Assembly: GCA_964016885.1 (NCBI GenBank)
Contig: OZ024740.1
Coordinates: 231,012,001-231,076,000 of the forward strand
Direction: 5' to 3'
DNA length: 64,000 nucleotides
Source of the DNA: Eledone cirrhosa
Taxonomy: Eukaryota
Part shown: positions 22,401 to 40,400 of the stretch, one piece after another
Layout: every line of letters begins with the position of its first letter
How positions within the stretch are numbered: the stretch's first letter is position 1
Translations under genes and position numbers: made by a program
Notes under the pieces: model-generated
Seen by the model: the letters and a program-made list of their open reading frames with translations, nothing else
What the model was told of the DNA's origin: nothing
The model's database searches: none

Positions 22401-25400
22401 CAACCCTACTATAATGGAGGATGTCTCTAGGACTACTATTACAACCCTACTATAATGGGGTATGTCTCTAGGGCTACTATTACAACCCTACTATAATGGG
22501 AGATGTCTCTAGGACTACTATTACAACCCTACTATAATGGGAGATGTCTCTAGGACTACTATTACAACCCTACTATAATGGGGTATGTCTCTAGGACTAC
22601 TATTACAACCCTACTATAATGGAGGATATCTCTAGGACTACTGTTACAACCCTACTATAATAGGGGATGTCTCTAGGACTACTATTACAACCCTACTATA
22701 ATGTGGAATGTCTCTAGGACTACTATTACAACCCTACTATAATGGGGGATATCTCTAGGACTACTGTTACAACCCTACTATAATAGGGGATGTCTCTAGG
22801 ACTACTATTACAACCCTACTATAATGGGAGATGTCTCTAGGACTACTATTACAACCCTACTATTATAGGGGATGTCTCTAGGACTACTATTACAACCCTA
22901 CTATAATGGGAGATGTCTCTAGGACTACTATTACAACACTACTATAATAGGGGATGTCTCTAGGACTACTATTACAACCCTACTATAATGGGAGATGTCT
23001 CTAGGACTACTATTACAACCCTACTATAATAGGGGATGTCTCTAGGACTACTATTACAACACTACTATAATAGGGGATGTCTCTAGGGCTACTATTACAA
23101 CCCTACTATAATGGGGGATGACTCTAGGGCTACTATTAAAACCCTACTATAATAGGGGATGTCTCTAAGGCTACTATTACAACCCTACTATAATAGGGAA
23201 TGTCTTTAGGACTACTATTACAACCCTACTATAATGGGGGATGTCTCTAGGACTACTATTACAACCCTACTATAATGGGGGATGACTCTAGGGCTACTAT
23301 TAAAACCCTACTATAATAGGGGATGTCTCTAAGACTACTATTACAACCCTACTATAATAGGGAATGTCTCTAGGACTACTATTACAACCCTACTATAATG
23401 GGGTATGTCTCTAGGACTATTATTACAACCCAACTATAATGGGGTATGTCTCTAGGACTACTGTTACAACCCTATTATAATGGGGTATGTCTCTAGGGCT
23501 ACTATTACAACCCTACTATAATGGGGGATGACTCTAGGGCTACTATTAAAACCCTACTATAATAGGGGATGTCTCTAAGACTACTATTACAACCCTACTA
23601 TAATAGGGAATGTCTCTAGGACTACTATTACAACCCTACTATAATGGGGGATGTCTCTAGGACTACTATTACAACCCTACTATAATGGCGGATGTCTCTA
23701 GGTCTACTATTACCACCCTACTATAATGGGGGATATCTCTAGGACTACTATTACAACACTACTATAATAGGGGATGTCTCTAGGACTACTATTACAACAC
23801 TACTATAATGGGAAATGTCTCTAGGACTACTATTACAACCCTACTATAATAGGGGATGTCTCTAGAACTACTATTACAACCCTACTATAATGGGGGATGT
23901 CTCTAGGACTACTATTACAACCCTACTATAATGGGGTATGTCTCTAGGGCTACTATTACAACCCTACTATAATGGGAGATGTCTCTAGGACTACTATTAC
24001 AACCCTACTATAATGGGAGATGTCTCTAGGACTACTATTACAACCCTACTATAATGGGGTATGTCTCTAGGACTACTATTACAACCCTACTATAATGGGA
24101 GATGTCTCTAGGACTACTATTACAACCCTACTATAATGGAGGATGTCTCTAGGACTACTATTACAACCCTACTATAATGGGGTATGTCTCTAGGGCTACT
24201 ATTACAACCCTACTATAATGGGAGATGTCTCTAGGACTACTATTACAACCCTACTATAATGGGAGATGTCTCTAGGACTACTATTACAACCCTACTATAA
24301 TGGGGTATGTCTCTAGGACTACTATTACAACCCTACTATAATGGAGGATATCTCTAGGACTACTGTTACAACCCTACTATAATAGGGGATGTCTCTAAGG
24401 CTACTATTACAACCCTACTATAATAGGGAATGTCTTTAGGACTACTATTACAACCCTACTATAATGGGGGATGTCTCTAGGACTACTATTACAACCCTAC
24501 TATAATGGCGGATGTCTCTAGGACTACTATTACCACCCTACTATAATGGGGGATATCTCTAGGACTACTATTACAACACTACTATAATAGGGGATGTCTC
24601 TAGGACTACTATTACAACACTACTATAATGGGAAATGTCTCTAGGACTACTATTACAACCCTACTATAATAGGGGATGTCTCTAGAACTACTATTACAAC
24701 CCTACTATAATGGGGATGTCTCTAGGGCTACTATTACAACCCTACTATAATGGGAGATGTCTCTAGGACTACTATTACAACCCTACTATAATGGGAGATG
24801 TCTCTAGGACTACTATTACAACCCTACTATAATGGGGTATGTCTCTAGGACTACTATTACAACCCTACTATAATGGGAGATGTCTATAGGACTACTATTA
24901 CAACCCTACTATAATGGGGTATGTCTCTAGGACTACTATTACAACCCTACTATAATGGAGGATATCTCTAGGACTACTGTTACAACCCTACTATAATAGG
25001 GGATGTCTCTAGGACTACTATTACAACCCTACTATAATGGGAGATGTCTCTAGGACTACTATTACAACACTACTATAATAGGGGATGTCTCTAGGACTAA
25101 TATTACAACCCTACTATAATGGGAGATGTCTCTAGGACTACTATTACAACCCTACTATAATGGAGGATGTCTCTAGGACTACTATTACAACCCTACTATA
25201 ATAGGGGATGTCTCTAGGACTACTGTTACAACCCTACTATAATGGGAGATGTCTCTAGGACTACTATTACAACCCTACTATAATAGGAGATGTCTCTAGG
25301 ACTACTTTTACAACCCTACTATAATGGAGGATGTCTCTAGGACTACTATTACAACCCTACTATAATAGGGGATGTCTCTAAGACTACTATTACAACCCTA

Positions 25401-28400
25401 CTATAATGTGGTATGTCTCTAGGACTACTATTACAACCCTACTATAATGGGGTATGTCTCTAGGACTACTATTACAACACTACTATAATGGGGGATGTCT
25501 CTAGGACTACTATTACAACACTACTATAATGGGGGATGTCTCTAGGATTACTATTACAACCCTACTATAATAGGGGATGTCTCTAGGTCTACTATTACTA
25601 CACTACTATAATGGGAGATGTCTCTAGGATTACTATTACAACCCTACTATAATAGGGGATGTCTCTAGAACTACTATTACAACCCTACTATAATGGGAGA
25701 TGTCTCTAGGACTACTATTACAACCCTACTATAATGGAGGATGTCTCTAGGACTACTATTACAACCCTACTATAATGGGGTATGTCTCTAGGGCTACTAT
25801 TACAACACTACTATAATGGGAGATGTCTCTAAGACTACTATTACAACCCTACTATAATGGGAGATGTCTCTAGGACTACTATTACAACCCTACTATAATG
25901 GGAGATGTCTCTAGGGCTACTATTACAACCCTACTATAATGGAGGATGTCTCTAGGACTACTATTACAACCCTACTATAATAGGGGATGTCTCTAGGACT
26001 ACTATTACAACCCTACTATAATGGGGTATGTCTCTAGAACTACTATTACAACCCTACTATAATGGGGTATATCTCTAGGACTACTATTACAACACTACTA
26101 TAATAGGGGATGTCTCTAGGACTACTATTACAACCCTACTATAATGGGAGATGTCTCTAGGACTACTATTACAACCCTACTATAATGGAGGATGTCTCTA
26201 GGACTACTATTACAACCCTACTATAATGGGGTACTATTACAGCCCTACTATAATGGGGGATATCTCTAGGACTACTGTTACAACCCTACTATAATAGGGG
26301 ATGTCTCCAGGACTACTATTACAACCCTACTATAATGGGAGATGTCTCTAGGACTACTATTACAACACTACTATAATAGGGGATGTCTCTAGGACTACTA
26401 TTACAACCCTACTATAATGGGAGATGTCTCTAGGACTACTATTACAACCCTACTATAATAGGGGATGTCTCTAGGACTACTATTACAACCCTACTATAAT
26501 GGGGGATGTCTCTAGGACTACTATTACAACCCTAATATAATGGCGGATGTCTCTAGGACTAATATTACAACCCTATTATAATGGGGGATATCTCTAGGAC
26601 TACTATTACAACACTACTATAATAGGGGATGTCTCTAGGACTACTATTACAACACTACTATAATGGGAGATGTCTCTAGGACTACTATTACAACCCTACT
26701 ATAATGGGAGATGTCTCTAGGACTACTATTACAACCCTACTATAATGGGAGATGTCTCTAAGACTACTATTACAACCCTACTATAATGGGAGATGTCTAT
26801 AGGACTACTATTACAACCCTACTATAATGGGGTATGTCTCTAGGACTACTATTACAACCCTACTATAATGGAGGATATCACTAGGACTACTGTTACAACC
26901 CTACTATAATAGGGGATGTCTCTAGGACTACTATTACAACCCTACTATAATGGGAGATGTCTCTAGGACTACTATTACAACACTACTATAATAGGGGATG
27001 TCTCTAGGACTAATATTACAACCCTACTATAATGGGAGATGTCTCTAGGACTACTATTACAACCCTACTATAATGGAGGATGTCTCTAGGACTACTATTA
27101 CAACCCTACTATAATGGGAGATGTCTCTAGGACTACTATTACAACCCTACTATAATAGGAGATGTCTCTAGGACTACTTTTACAACCCTACTATAATGGA
27201 GGATGTCTCTAGGACTACTATTACAACCCTACTATAATAGGGGATGTCTCTAAGACTACTATTACAACCCTACTATAATGTGGTATGTCTCTAGGACTAC
27301 TATTACAACCCTACTATAATGGGGTATGTCTCTAGGACTACTATTACAACACTACTATAATGGAGGATGTCTCTAGGACTACTATTACAACCCTACTATA
27401 ATGGGAGATGTCTATAGGACTACTATTACAACCCTACTATAATAGGGGATGTCTCTAGGACTACTATTACAACCCTACTATAATGGAGGATGTCTCTAGG
27501 ACTACTATTACAACCCTACTATAATGGGGTACTATTACAGCCCTACTATAATGGGGGATATCTCTAGGACTACTGTTACAACCCTACTATAATAGGGGAT
27601 GTCTCTAGGACTACTATTACAACCCTACTATAATGGGAGATGTCTCTAGGACTACTATTACAACACTACTATAATAGGGGATGTCTCTAGGACTACTATT
27701 ACAACCCTACTATAATGGGAGATGTCTCTAGGACTACTATTACAACCCTACTATAATAGGGGATGTCTCTAGGACTACTATTACAACCCTACTATAATGG
27801 GGGATGTCTCTAGGACTACTATTACAACCCTAATATAATGGCGGATGTCTCTAGGACTACTATTACAACCCTACTATAATGGGGGATATCTCTAGGACTA
27901 CTATTACAACACTACTATAATAGGGGATGTCTCTAGGACTACTATTACAACACTACTATAATGGGAGATGTCTCTAGGACTACTATTACAACCCTACTAT
28001 AATGGGAGATGTCTCTAGGACTACTATTACAACCCTACTATAATAGGGGATGTCTCTAGGACTACTATTACAACACTACTATAATGGGAGATGTCTCTAG
28101 GACTACTATTACAACCCTACTATAATAGGGGATGTCTCTAGAACTACTATTACAACCCTACTATAATGGGAGATGTCTCTAGGACTACTATTACAACCCT
28201 ACTATAATGGAGGATGTCTCTAAAACTACTATTACAACCCTACTATAATGGGGTATGTCTCTAGGGCTACTATTACAACCCTACTATAATGGGAGATGTC
28301 TCTAGGACTACTATTACAACCCTACTATAATGGGGGATATCTCTAGGACTACTATTACAACCCTACTATATTGGAGGATGTCTCTAGGGCTACTATTACA

Positions 28401-31400
28401 ACCCTACTATAATGGGAGATGTCTCTAAGACTACTATTACAACCCTACTATAATGGGAGATGTCTATAGGACTACTATTACAACCCTACTATAATGGGGT
28501 ATGTCTCTAGGACTACTATTACAACCCTACTATAATGGAGGATATCTCTAGGACTACTGTTACAACCCTACTATAATAGGGGATGTCTCTAGGACTACTA
28601 TTACAACCCTACTATAATTGGAGATGTCTCTAGGACTACTATTACAACACTACTATAATAGGGGATGTCTCTAGGACTAATATTACAACCCTACTATAAT
28701 GGGAGATGACTCTAGGACTACTATTACAACCCTACTATAATAGGGGATGTCTCTAGGACTACTATTACAACCCTACTATAATGGGGGATGTCTCTAGGAC
28801 TACTATTACAACCCTACTATAATGGAGGATGTCTCTTGGACTACTATTACAACCCTACTATAATAGGGGATGTCTCTAAGACTACTATTACAACCCTACT
28901 ATAATGGGGTATGTCTCTAGGACTACTATTACAACACTACTATAATGGGGGATGTCTCTAGGACTACTATTACAACACTACTATAATGGGGGATGTCTCT
29001 AGGATTACTATTACAACCCTACTATAATAGGGGATGACTCTAGGACTACTATTACTACACTACTATAATGGGAGATGTCTCTAGGACTACTATTACAACC
29101 CTACTATAATAGGGGATGTCTCTAGAACTACTATTACAACCCTACTATAATGGGAGATGTATCTAGGACTACTATTACAACCCTACTATAATGGAGGATG
29201 TCTCTAGGACTACTATTACAACCCTACTATAATGGGGTATGTCTCTAGGGCTACTATTACAACACTACTATAATGGGAGATGTCTCTAAGACTACTATTA
29301 CAACCCTACTATAATGGGAGATGTCTCTAGGACTACTATTACAACCCTACTATAATGGGAGATGTCTCTAGGGCTACTATTACAACCCTACTATAATGGA
29401 GGATGTCTCTAGGACTACTATTACAACCCTACTATAATAGGGGATGTCTCTAGGACTACTATTACAACCCTACTATAATGGGGGATGTCTCTAGAACTAC
29501 TATTACAACCCTACTATAATGGGGTATATCTCTAGGACTACTATTACAACACTACTATAATAGGGGATGTCTCTAGGACTACTATTACAACCCTACTATA
29601 ATGGGGTATGTCTCTAGGGCTACTATTATAATCCTACTATAATGAGGTATGTCTCTAGGGCTACTATTACAGCCCTACTATAATGGGGGATATCTCTTGG
29701 ACTACTGTTACAACCCTACTATAATAGGGGATGTCTCTAGGACTACTATTACAACCCTACTATAATGGGAGATGTCTCTAGGACTACTATTACAACACTA
29801 CTATAATAGGAGATGTCTCTAGGACTACTATTACAACCCTACTATAATGGGAGATGTCTCTAGGACTACTATTACGACCCTACTATAATAGGGGATGTCT
29901 CTAGGACTACTATTACAACCCTACTATAATGGGAGATGTCTCTAGGACTACTATTACAACCCTACTATAATAGGAGATGTCTCTAGGACTACTATTACAA
30001 CCCTACTATAATGGAGGATGTCTCTAGGACTACTATTACAACCCTACTATAATGGGAGATGTCTCTAGGGCTACTATTACAACCCTACTCTAATGGGGGA
30101 TGTCTCTAGGACTACTATTACAACCCTACTATAATGGGAGATGTCTCTAGGACTATTATTACAACCCTACTATAATAGGGGATGTCTCTAGGACTACTAT
30201 TACAACCCTACTATAATGGGAGATGTCTCTAGGACTACTATTACAACCCTACTATAACGGAGGATGTCTCTAGGACTACTATTACAACCCTACTATAATA
30301 GGGGATGTCTCTAGGACTACTATTACAACCCTACTATAATGGGAGATGTCTCTAGGACTACTATTACAACCCTACTATAATAGGGGATGTCTCTAGGACT
30401 ACTATTACAACCCTACTATAATAGAGGATGTCTCTAGGACTACTGTTACAACCCTACTATAATGGAGGATATCTCTAGGACTACTGTTACAACCCTACTA
30501 TAATAGGGGATGTCTCTAGGACTACTATTACAACCCTACTATAATAGGGGATGTCTCTAGGACTACTATTACAACCCTACTATAATGGGAGATGTCTCTA
30601 GGACTACTATTACAACGCTACTATAATAGGGGATGTCTCTAAGACTACTATTACAACCATACTATAATAGGGGATATCTCTAGGACTACTGTTACAACCC
30701 TACTATAATAGGGCATGTCTCTAGGACTACTATTACAACGCTACTATAATAGGGGATGTCTCTAGGACTACTATTACAACCCTACTATAATGGGAGATGT
30801 CTCTAGGACTACTGTTACAACCCTACTATAATAGGGGATGTCTCTAGGGCTACTATTACAACCCTACTATAATGGGGGATGTCTCTAGGACTACAATTAC
30901 AACCCTACTATAATAGGGGATGTCTCTAAGACTACTATTACAACCATACTATAATAGGGGATATCTCTAGGACTACTATTACAACCCTACTATAATGGCG
31001 GATGTCTCTAGGACTACTATTACAACCCTACTATAATGGGGTATGTCTCTAGGGCTACTATTACAACCCTACTATAATGGGAGATGTCTCTAGGACTACT
31101 ATTACAACACTACTATAATAGGGGATGTCTCTAGGACTACTATTACAACCCTACTATAATAGGGGATGTCTCTAGGACTACTGTTACAACCCTACTATAA
31201 TGGAGGATATCTCTAGGACTACTGTTACAACCCTACTATAATGGAGGATATCACTAGGACTACTATTACAACCCTACTATAATGGGAAATGTCTCTAGGA
31301 TTACTATTACAACCCTACTATAATGGAGGATGTCTCTAGGACTACTATTACAACCCTACTATAATGGGAGATGTCTATAGGACTACTATTACAACCCTAC

Positions 31401-34400
31401 TATAATAGGGGATGTCTCTAGGACTACTATTACAACCCTACTATAATAGGGGATGTCTCTAGGACTACTATTACAACCCTACTATAATGGGAGATGTCTC
31501 TAGGACTACTATTACAACCCTACTATAATGGGGTATGTCTCTAGGACTACTATTACAACACTACTATAATGGGGGATGTCTCTAGGACTACTATTACAAC
31601 ACTACTATAATGGGGGATGTCTCTAGGATTACTATTACAACCCTACTATAATAGGGGATGTCTCTAGGACTACTATTACTACACTACTATAATGGGAGAT
31701 GTCTCTAGGACTACTATTACAACCCTACTATAATAGGGGATGTCTCTAGGACTATTATTACTACCCTACTATAATGGGGGATATCTCTAGGACTACTATT
31801 ACAACCCTACTATAATGGGAGATGTCTCTAGGACTACCATTACAACCCTACTATAATAGGGGATGTCTCTAGGACTATTATTACAACCCTACTATAATGG
31901 GGTATATCTCTAGGGCTACTATTACAACCCTACTATAATGGGGTACGTCTCTAGGGCTACTATTACAGCCCTACTATAATGGGGTACGTCTCTAGGACTA
32001 CTATTACAACCCTACTATAATGGGGTATGTCTCTAGGACTACTATTACAACCCTACTATAATGGGGGATGTCTCTAGGACTATTATTACAACCCTACTAT
32101 AATGGGGGATGTCTCTAGGACTACTATTACAACACTACTATAATGGGAGATGTCTCTAGGGCTACTATTACAACCCTACTATAATGGAGGATGTCTCTAG
32201 GACTACTATTACAACCCTACTATAATAGGGGATGTCTCTAGGACTACTATTACAACCCTACTATAATGGGGGATGTCTCTAGAACTACTATTACAACCCT
32301 ACTATAATGGGGTATATCTCTAGGACTACTATTACAACACTACTATAATAGGGGATGTCTCTAGGACTACTATTACAACCCTACTATAATGGGGTATGTC
32401 TCTAGGGCTACTATTATAATCCTACTATAATGAGGTATGTCTCTAGGGCTACTATTACAGCCCTACTATAATGGGGGATATCTCTTGGACTACTGTTACA
32501 ACCCTACTATAATAGGGGATGTCTCTAGGACTACTATTACAACCCTACTATAATGGGAGATGTCTCTAAGACTACTATTACAACACTACTATAATAGGAG
32601 ATGTCTCTAGGACTACTATTACAACCCTACTATAATGGGAGATGTCTCTAGGACTACTATTACGACCCTACTATAATAGGGGATGTCTCTAGGACTACTA
32701 TTACAACCCTACTATAATGGGAGATGTCTCTAGGACTACTATTACAACCCTACTATAATTGGAGATGTCTCTAGGACTACTATTACAACCCTACTATAAT
32801 GGAGGATGTCTCTAGGACTACTATTACAACCCTACTATAATGGGAGATGTCTCTAGGGCTACTATTACAACCCTACTCTAATGGGGGATGTCTCTAGGAC
32901 TACTATTACAACCCTACTATAATGGGAGATGTCTCTAGGACTATTATTACAACCCTACTATAATAGGGGATGTCTCTAGGACTACTATTACAACCCTACT
33001 ATAATGGGAGATGTCTCTAGGACTACTATTACAACCCTACTATAACGGAGGATGTCTCTAGGACTACTATTACAACCCTACTATAATAGGGGATGTCTCT
33101 AGGACTACTATTACAACCCTACTATAATGGGAGATGTCTCTAGGACTACTATTACAACCCTACTATAATAGGGGATGTCTCTAGGACTACTATTACAACC
33201 CTACTATAATAGAGGATGTCTCTAGGACTACTGTTACAACCCTACTATAATGGAGGATATCTCTAGGACTACTGTTACAACCCTACTATAATAGGGGATG
33301 TCTCTAGGACTACTATTACAACCCTACTATAATAGGGGATGTCTCTAGGACTACTATTACAACCCTACTATAATGGGAGATGTCTCTAGGACTACTATTA
33401 CAACGCTACTATAATAGGGGATGTCTCTAAGACTACTATTACAACCATACTATAATAGGGGATATCTCTAGGACTACTGTTACAACCCTACTATAATAGG
33501 GCATGTCTCTAGGACTACTATTACAACCCTACTATAATAGGGGATGTCTCTAGGACTACTATTACAACCCTACTATAATGGGAGATGTCTCTAGGACTAC
33601 TGTTACAACCCTACTATAATAGGGGATGTCTCTAGGGCTACTATTACAACCCTACTATAATGGGGGATGTCTCTAGGACTACAATTACAACCCTACTATA
33701 ATAGGGGATGTCTCTAAGACTACTATTACAACCATACTATAATAGGGGATATCTCTAGGACTACTATTACAACCCTACTATAATGGCGGATGTCTCTAGG
33801 ACTACTATTACAACCCTACTATAATGGGGTATGTCTCTAGGGCTACTATTACAACCCTACTATAATGGGAGATGTCTCTAGGACTACTATTACAACACTA
33901 CTATAATAGGGGATGTCTCTAGGACTACTATTACAACCCTACTATAATAGGGGATGTCTCTAGGACTACTGTTACAACCCTACTATAATGGAGGATATCT
34001 CTAGGACTACTGTTACAACCCTACTATAATGGAGGATATCACTAGGACTACTATTACAACCCTACTATAATGGGAAATGTCTCTAGGATTACTATTACAA
34101 CCCTACTATAATGGAGGATGTCTCTAGGACTACTATTACAACCCTACTATAATGGGAGATGTCTATAGGACTACTATTACAACCCTACTATAATAGGGGA
34201 TGTCTCTAGGACTACTATTACAACCCTACTATAATGGGAGATGTCTCTAGGACTACTATTACAACCCTACTATAATGGGGTATGTCTCTAGGACTACTAT
34301 TACAACACTACTATAATGGGGGATGTCTCTAGGACTACTATTACAACACTACTATAATGGGGGATGTCTCTAGGATTACTATTACAACCCTACTATAATA

Positions 34401-37400
34401 GGGGATGTCTCTAGGACTACTATTACTACACTACTATAATGGGAGATGTCTCTAGGACTACTATTACAACCCTACTATAATGGGGTATATCTCTAGGGCT
34501 ACTATTACAACCCTACTATAATGGGGTACGTCTCTAGGGCTACTATTACAGCCCTACTATAATGGGGTACGTCTCTAGGACTACTATTACAACCCTACTA
34601 TAATGGGGTATGTCTCTAGGACTACTATTACAACCCTACTATAATGGGGGATGTCTCTAGGACTATTATTACAACCCTACTATAATGGGGGATGTCTCTA
34701 GGACTACTATTACAACCCTACTATAATGGGGGATGTCTCTAGGGCTACTATTACAACCCTACTATAATAGGGGATGTCTCTAGGACTACTATTACAACCC
34801 TACTATAATGGGGGATGTCTCTACGACTACTATTACAACCCTACTATAATGGGGGATATCTCTACGACTACTATTACAACACTACTATAATAGGGGATGT
34901 CTCTAGGACTACTATTACAACACTACTATAATGGGGGATGTCTCTAGGACTACTATTACAACCCTACTATAATAGGGGATGTCTCTAGGACTACTATTAC
35001 AACACTACTATAATGGGAGATGTCTCTAGGACTACTATTACAACCCTACTATAATAGGGGATGTCCCTAGACCTACTATTACAACCCTATTATAATGGGA
35101 GATGTCTCTAGGACTACTATTACAACCCTACTATAATGGAGGATGTCTCTAGGACTACTATTACAACCCTACTATAATGGGGTATGTCTCTAGGGCTACT
35201 ATTACAACCCTACTATAATGGGAGATGTCTCTAGGACTACTATTACAACCCTACTATAATGGGGGATATCTCTAGGACTACTATTACAACCCTACTACAA
35301 TATGGGATGTCTCTAGGACTACTATTACAACCCTACTATAATGGGAGATGTCTCTAGGACTACTATTACAACACTACTATAATAGCGGATGTCTCTAGGA
35401 CTAATATTACAACCCTACTATAATGGGAGATGACTCTAGGACTACTATTACAACCCTACTATAATAGGGGATGTCTCTAGGACTACTATTACAACCCTAC
35501 TATAATAGGGGATGTCTCTAAGACTACTATTACAACCCTACTATAATGGGGTATGTCTCTAGGACTACTATTACAACACTACTATAATGGGGGATGTCTC
35601 TAGGACTACTATTACAACACTACTATAATGGGGGATGTCTCTAGGATTACTATTACAACCCTACTATAATAGGGGATGACTCTAGGACTACTATTACTAC
35701 ACTACTATAATGGGAGATGTCTCTAGGACTACTATTACAACCCTACTATAATAGGGGATGTCTCTAGAACTACTATTACAACCCTACTATAATGGGAGAT
35801 GTATCTAGGACTACTATTACAACCCTACTATAATGGAGGATGTCTCTAGGACTATTATTACAACCCTACTATAATGGGGTATATCTCTAGGGCTACTATT
35901 ACAACCCTACTATAATGGGGTATATCTCTAGGGCTACTATTACAACCCTACTATAATGGGGTACGTCTCTAGGGCTACTATTACAGCCCTACTATAATGG
36001 GGTACGTCTCTAGGACTACTATTACAACCCTACTATAATGGGGTATGTCTCTAGGACTACTATTACAACCCTACTATAATGGGGGATGTCTCTAGGACTA
36101 TTATTACAACCCTACTATAATGGGGGATGTCTCTAGGACTACTATTACAACACTACTATAATGGGAGATGTCTCTAGGGCTACTATTACAACCCTACTAT
36201 AATGGAGGATGTCTCTAGGACTACTATTACAACCCTACTATAATAGGGGATGTCTCTAGGACTACTATTACAACCCTACTATAATGGGGGATGTCTCTAG
36301 AACTACTATTACAACCCTACTATAATGGGGTATATCTCTAGGACTACTATTACAACACTACTATAATAGGGGATGTCTCTAGGACTACTATTACAACCCT
36401 ACTATAATGGGGTATGTCTCTAGGGCTACTATTATAATCCTACTATAATGAGGTATGTCTCTAGGGCTACTATTACAGCCCTACTATAATGGGGGATATC
36501 TCTTGGACTACTGTTACAACCCTACTATAATAGGGGATGTCTCTAGGACTACTATTACAACCCTACTATAATGGGAGATGTCTCTAGGACTACTATTACA
36601 ACACTACTATAATAGGAGATGTCTCTAGGACTACTATTACAACCCTACTATAATGGGAGATGTCTCTAGGACTACTATTACGACCCTACTATAATAGGGG
36701 ATGTCTCTAGGACTACTATTACAACCCTACTATAATGGGAGATGTCTCTAGGACTACTATTACAACCCTACTATAATTGGAGATGTCTCTAGGACTACTA
36801 TTACAACCCTACTATAATGGAGGATGTCTCTAGGACTACTATTACAACCCTACTATAATGGGAGATGTCTCTAGGGCTACTATTACAACCCTACTCTAAT
36901 GGGGGATGTCTCTAGGACTACTATTACAACCCTACTATAATGGGAGATGTCTCTAGGACTATTATTACAACCCTACTATAATAGGGGATGTCTCTAGGAC
37001 TACTATTACAACCCTACTATAATGGGAGATGTCTCTAGGACTACTATTACAACCCTACTATAACGGAGGATGTCTCTAGGACTACTATTACAACCCTACT
37101 ATAATAGGGGATGTCTCTAGGACTACTATTACAACCCTACTATAATGGGAGATGTCTCTAGGACTACTATTACAACCCTACTATAATAGGGGATGTCTCT
37201 AGGACTACTATTACAACCCTACTATAATAGAGGATGTCTCTAGGACTACTGTTACAACCCTACTATAATGGAGGATATCTCTAGGACTACTGTTACAACC
37301 CTACTATAATAGGGGATGTCTCTAGGACTACTATTACAACCCTACTATAATAGGGGATGTCTCTAGGACTACTATTACAACCCTACTATAATGGGAGATG

Positions 37401-40400
37401 TCTCTAGGACTACTATTACAACGCTACTATAATAGGGGATGTCTCTAAGACTACTATTACAACCATACTATAATAGGGGATATCTCTAGGACTACTGTTA
37501 CAACCCTACTATAATAGGGCATGTCTCTAGGACTACTATTACAACCCTACTATAATAGGGGATGTCTCTAGGACTACTATTACAACCCTACTATAATGGG
37601 AGATGTCTCTAGGACTACTGTTACAACCCTACTATAATAGGGGATGTCTCTAGGGCTACTATTACAACCCTACTATAATGGGGGATGTCTCTAGGACTAC
37701 TATTACAACCCTACTATAATGGGAGATGTCTCTAGGACTACTGTTACAACCCTACTATAATAGGGGATGTCTCTAGGGCTACTATTACAACCCTACTATA
37801 ATGGGGGATGTCTCTAGGACTACAATTACAACCCTACTATAATAGGGGATGTCTCTAAGACTACTATTACAACCATACTATAATAGGGGATGTCTCTAGG
37901 ACTACTATTACAACACTACTATAATGGGAGATGTCTCTAGGACTACTATTACAACCCTACTATAATAGGGGATGTCCCTAGACCTACTATTACAACCCTA
38001 TTATAATGGGAGATGTCTCTAGGACTACTATTACAACCCTACTATAATGGAGGATGTCTCTAGGACTACTATTACAACCCTACTATAATGGGGTATGTCT
38101 CTAGGGCTACTATTACAACCCTACTATAATGGGAGATGTCTCTAGGACTACTATTACAACCCTACTATAATGGGGGATATCTCTAGGACTACTATTACAA
38201 CCCTACTACAATATGGGATGTCTCTAGGACTACTATTACAACCCTACTATAATGGGAGATGTCTCTAGGACTACTATTACAACACTACTATAATAGCGGA
38301 TGTCTCTAGGACTAATATTACAACCCTACTATAATGGGAGATGACTCTAGGACTACTATTACAACCCTACTATAATAGGGGATGTCTCTAGGACTACTAT
38401 TACAACCCTACTATAATGGGGGATGTCTCTAGGACTACTATTACAACCCTACTATAATGGAGGATGTCTCTAGGACTACTATTACAACCCTACTATAATA
38501 GGGGATGTCTCTAAGACTACTATTACAACCCTACTATAATGGGGTATGTCTCTAGGACTACTATTACAACACTACTATAATGGGGGATGTCTCTAGGACT
38601 ACTATTACAACACTACTATAATGGGGGATGTCTCTAGGATTACTATTACAACCCTACTATAATAGGGGATGACTCTAGGACTACTATTACTACACTACTA
38701 TAATGGGAGATGTCTCTAGGACTACTATTACAACCCTACTATAATAGGGGATGTCTCTAGAACTACTATTACAACCCTACTATAATGGGAGATGTATCTA
38801 GGACTACTATTACAACCCTACTATAATGGAGGATGTCTCTAGGACTATTATTACAACCCTACTATAATGGGGTATATCTCTAGGGCTACTATTACAACCC
38901 TACTATAATGGGGTACGTCTCTAGGGCTACTATTACAGCCCTACTATAATGGGGTACGTCTCTAGGACTACTATTACAACCCTACTATAATGGGGTATGT
39001 CTCTAGGACTACTATTACAACCCTACTATAATGGGGGATGTCTCTAGGACTATTATTACAACCCTACTATAATGGGGGATGTCTCTAGGACTACTATTAC
39101 AACCCTACTATAATGGGGGATGTCTCTAGGGCTACTATTACAACCCTACTATAATAGGGGATGTCTCTAGGACTACTATTACAACCCTACTATAATGGGG
39201 GATGTCTCTACGACTACTATTACAACCCTACTATAATGGGGGATATCTCTAGGACTACTATTACAACCCTACTATAATGGGAGATGTCTCTAGGACTACT
39301 ATTACAACCCTACTATAACGGAGGATGTCTCTAGGACTACTATTACAACCCTACTATAATAGGGGATGTCTCTAGGACTACTATTACAACCCTACTATAA
39401 TGGGAGATGTCTCTAGGACTACTATTACAACCCTACTATAATAGGGGATGTCTCTAGGACTACTATTACAACCCTACTATAATAGAGGATGTCTCTAGGA
39501 CTACTGTTACAACCCTACTATAATGGAGGATATCTCTAGGACTACTGTTACAACCCTACTATAATAGGGGATGTCTCTAGGACTACTATTACAACCCTAC
39601 TATAATAGGGGATGTCTCTAGGACTACTATTACAACCCTACTATAATGGGAGATGTCTCTAGGACTACTATTACAACGCTACTATAATAGGGGATGTCTC
39701 TAAGACTACTATTACAACCATACTATAATAGGGGATATCTCTAGGACTACTGTTACAACCCTACTATAATAGGGCATGTCTCTAGGACTACTATTACAAC
39801 CCTACTATAATAGGGGATGTCTCTAGGACTACTATTACAACCCTACTATAATGGGAGATGTCTCTAGGACTACTGTTACAACCCTACTATAATAGGGGAT
39901 GTCTCTAGGGCTACTATTACAACCCTACTATAATGGGGGATGTCTCTAGGACTACTATTACAACCCTACTATAATGGGAGATGTCTCTAGGACTACTGTT
40001 ACAACCCTACTATAATAGGGGATGTCTCTAGGGCTACTATTACAACCCTACTATAATGGGGGATGTCTCTAGGACTACAATTACAACCCTACTATAATAG
40101 GGGATGTCTCTAAGACTACTATTACAACCATACTATAATAGGGGATGTCTCTAGGACTACTATTACAACACTACTATAATGGGAGATGTCTCTAGGACTA
40201 CTATTACAACCCTACTATAATAGGGGATGTCCCTAGACCTACTATTACAACCCTATTATAATGGGAGATGTCTCTAGGACTACTATTACAACCCTACTAT
40301 AATGGAGGATGTCTCTAGGACTACTATTACAACCCTACTATAATGGGGTATGTCTCTAGGGCTACTATTACAACCCTACTATAATGGGAGATGTCTCTAG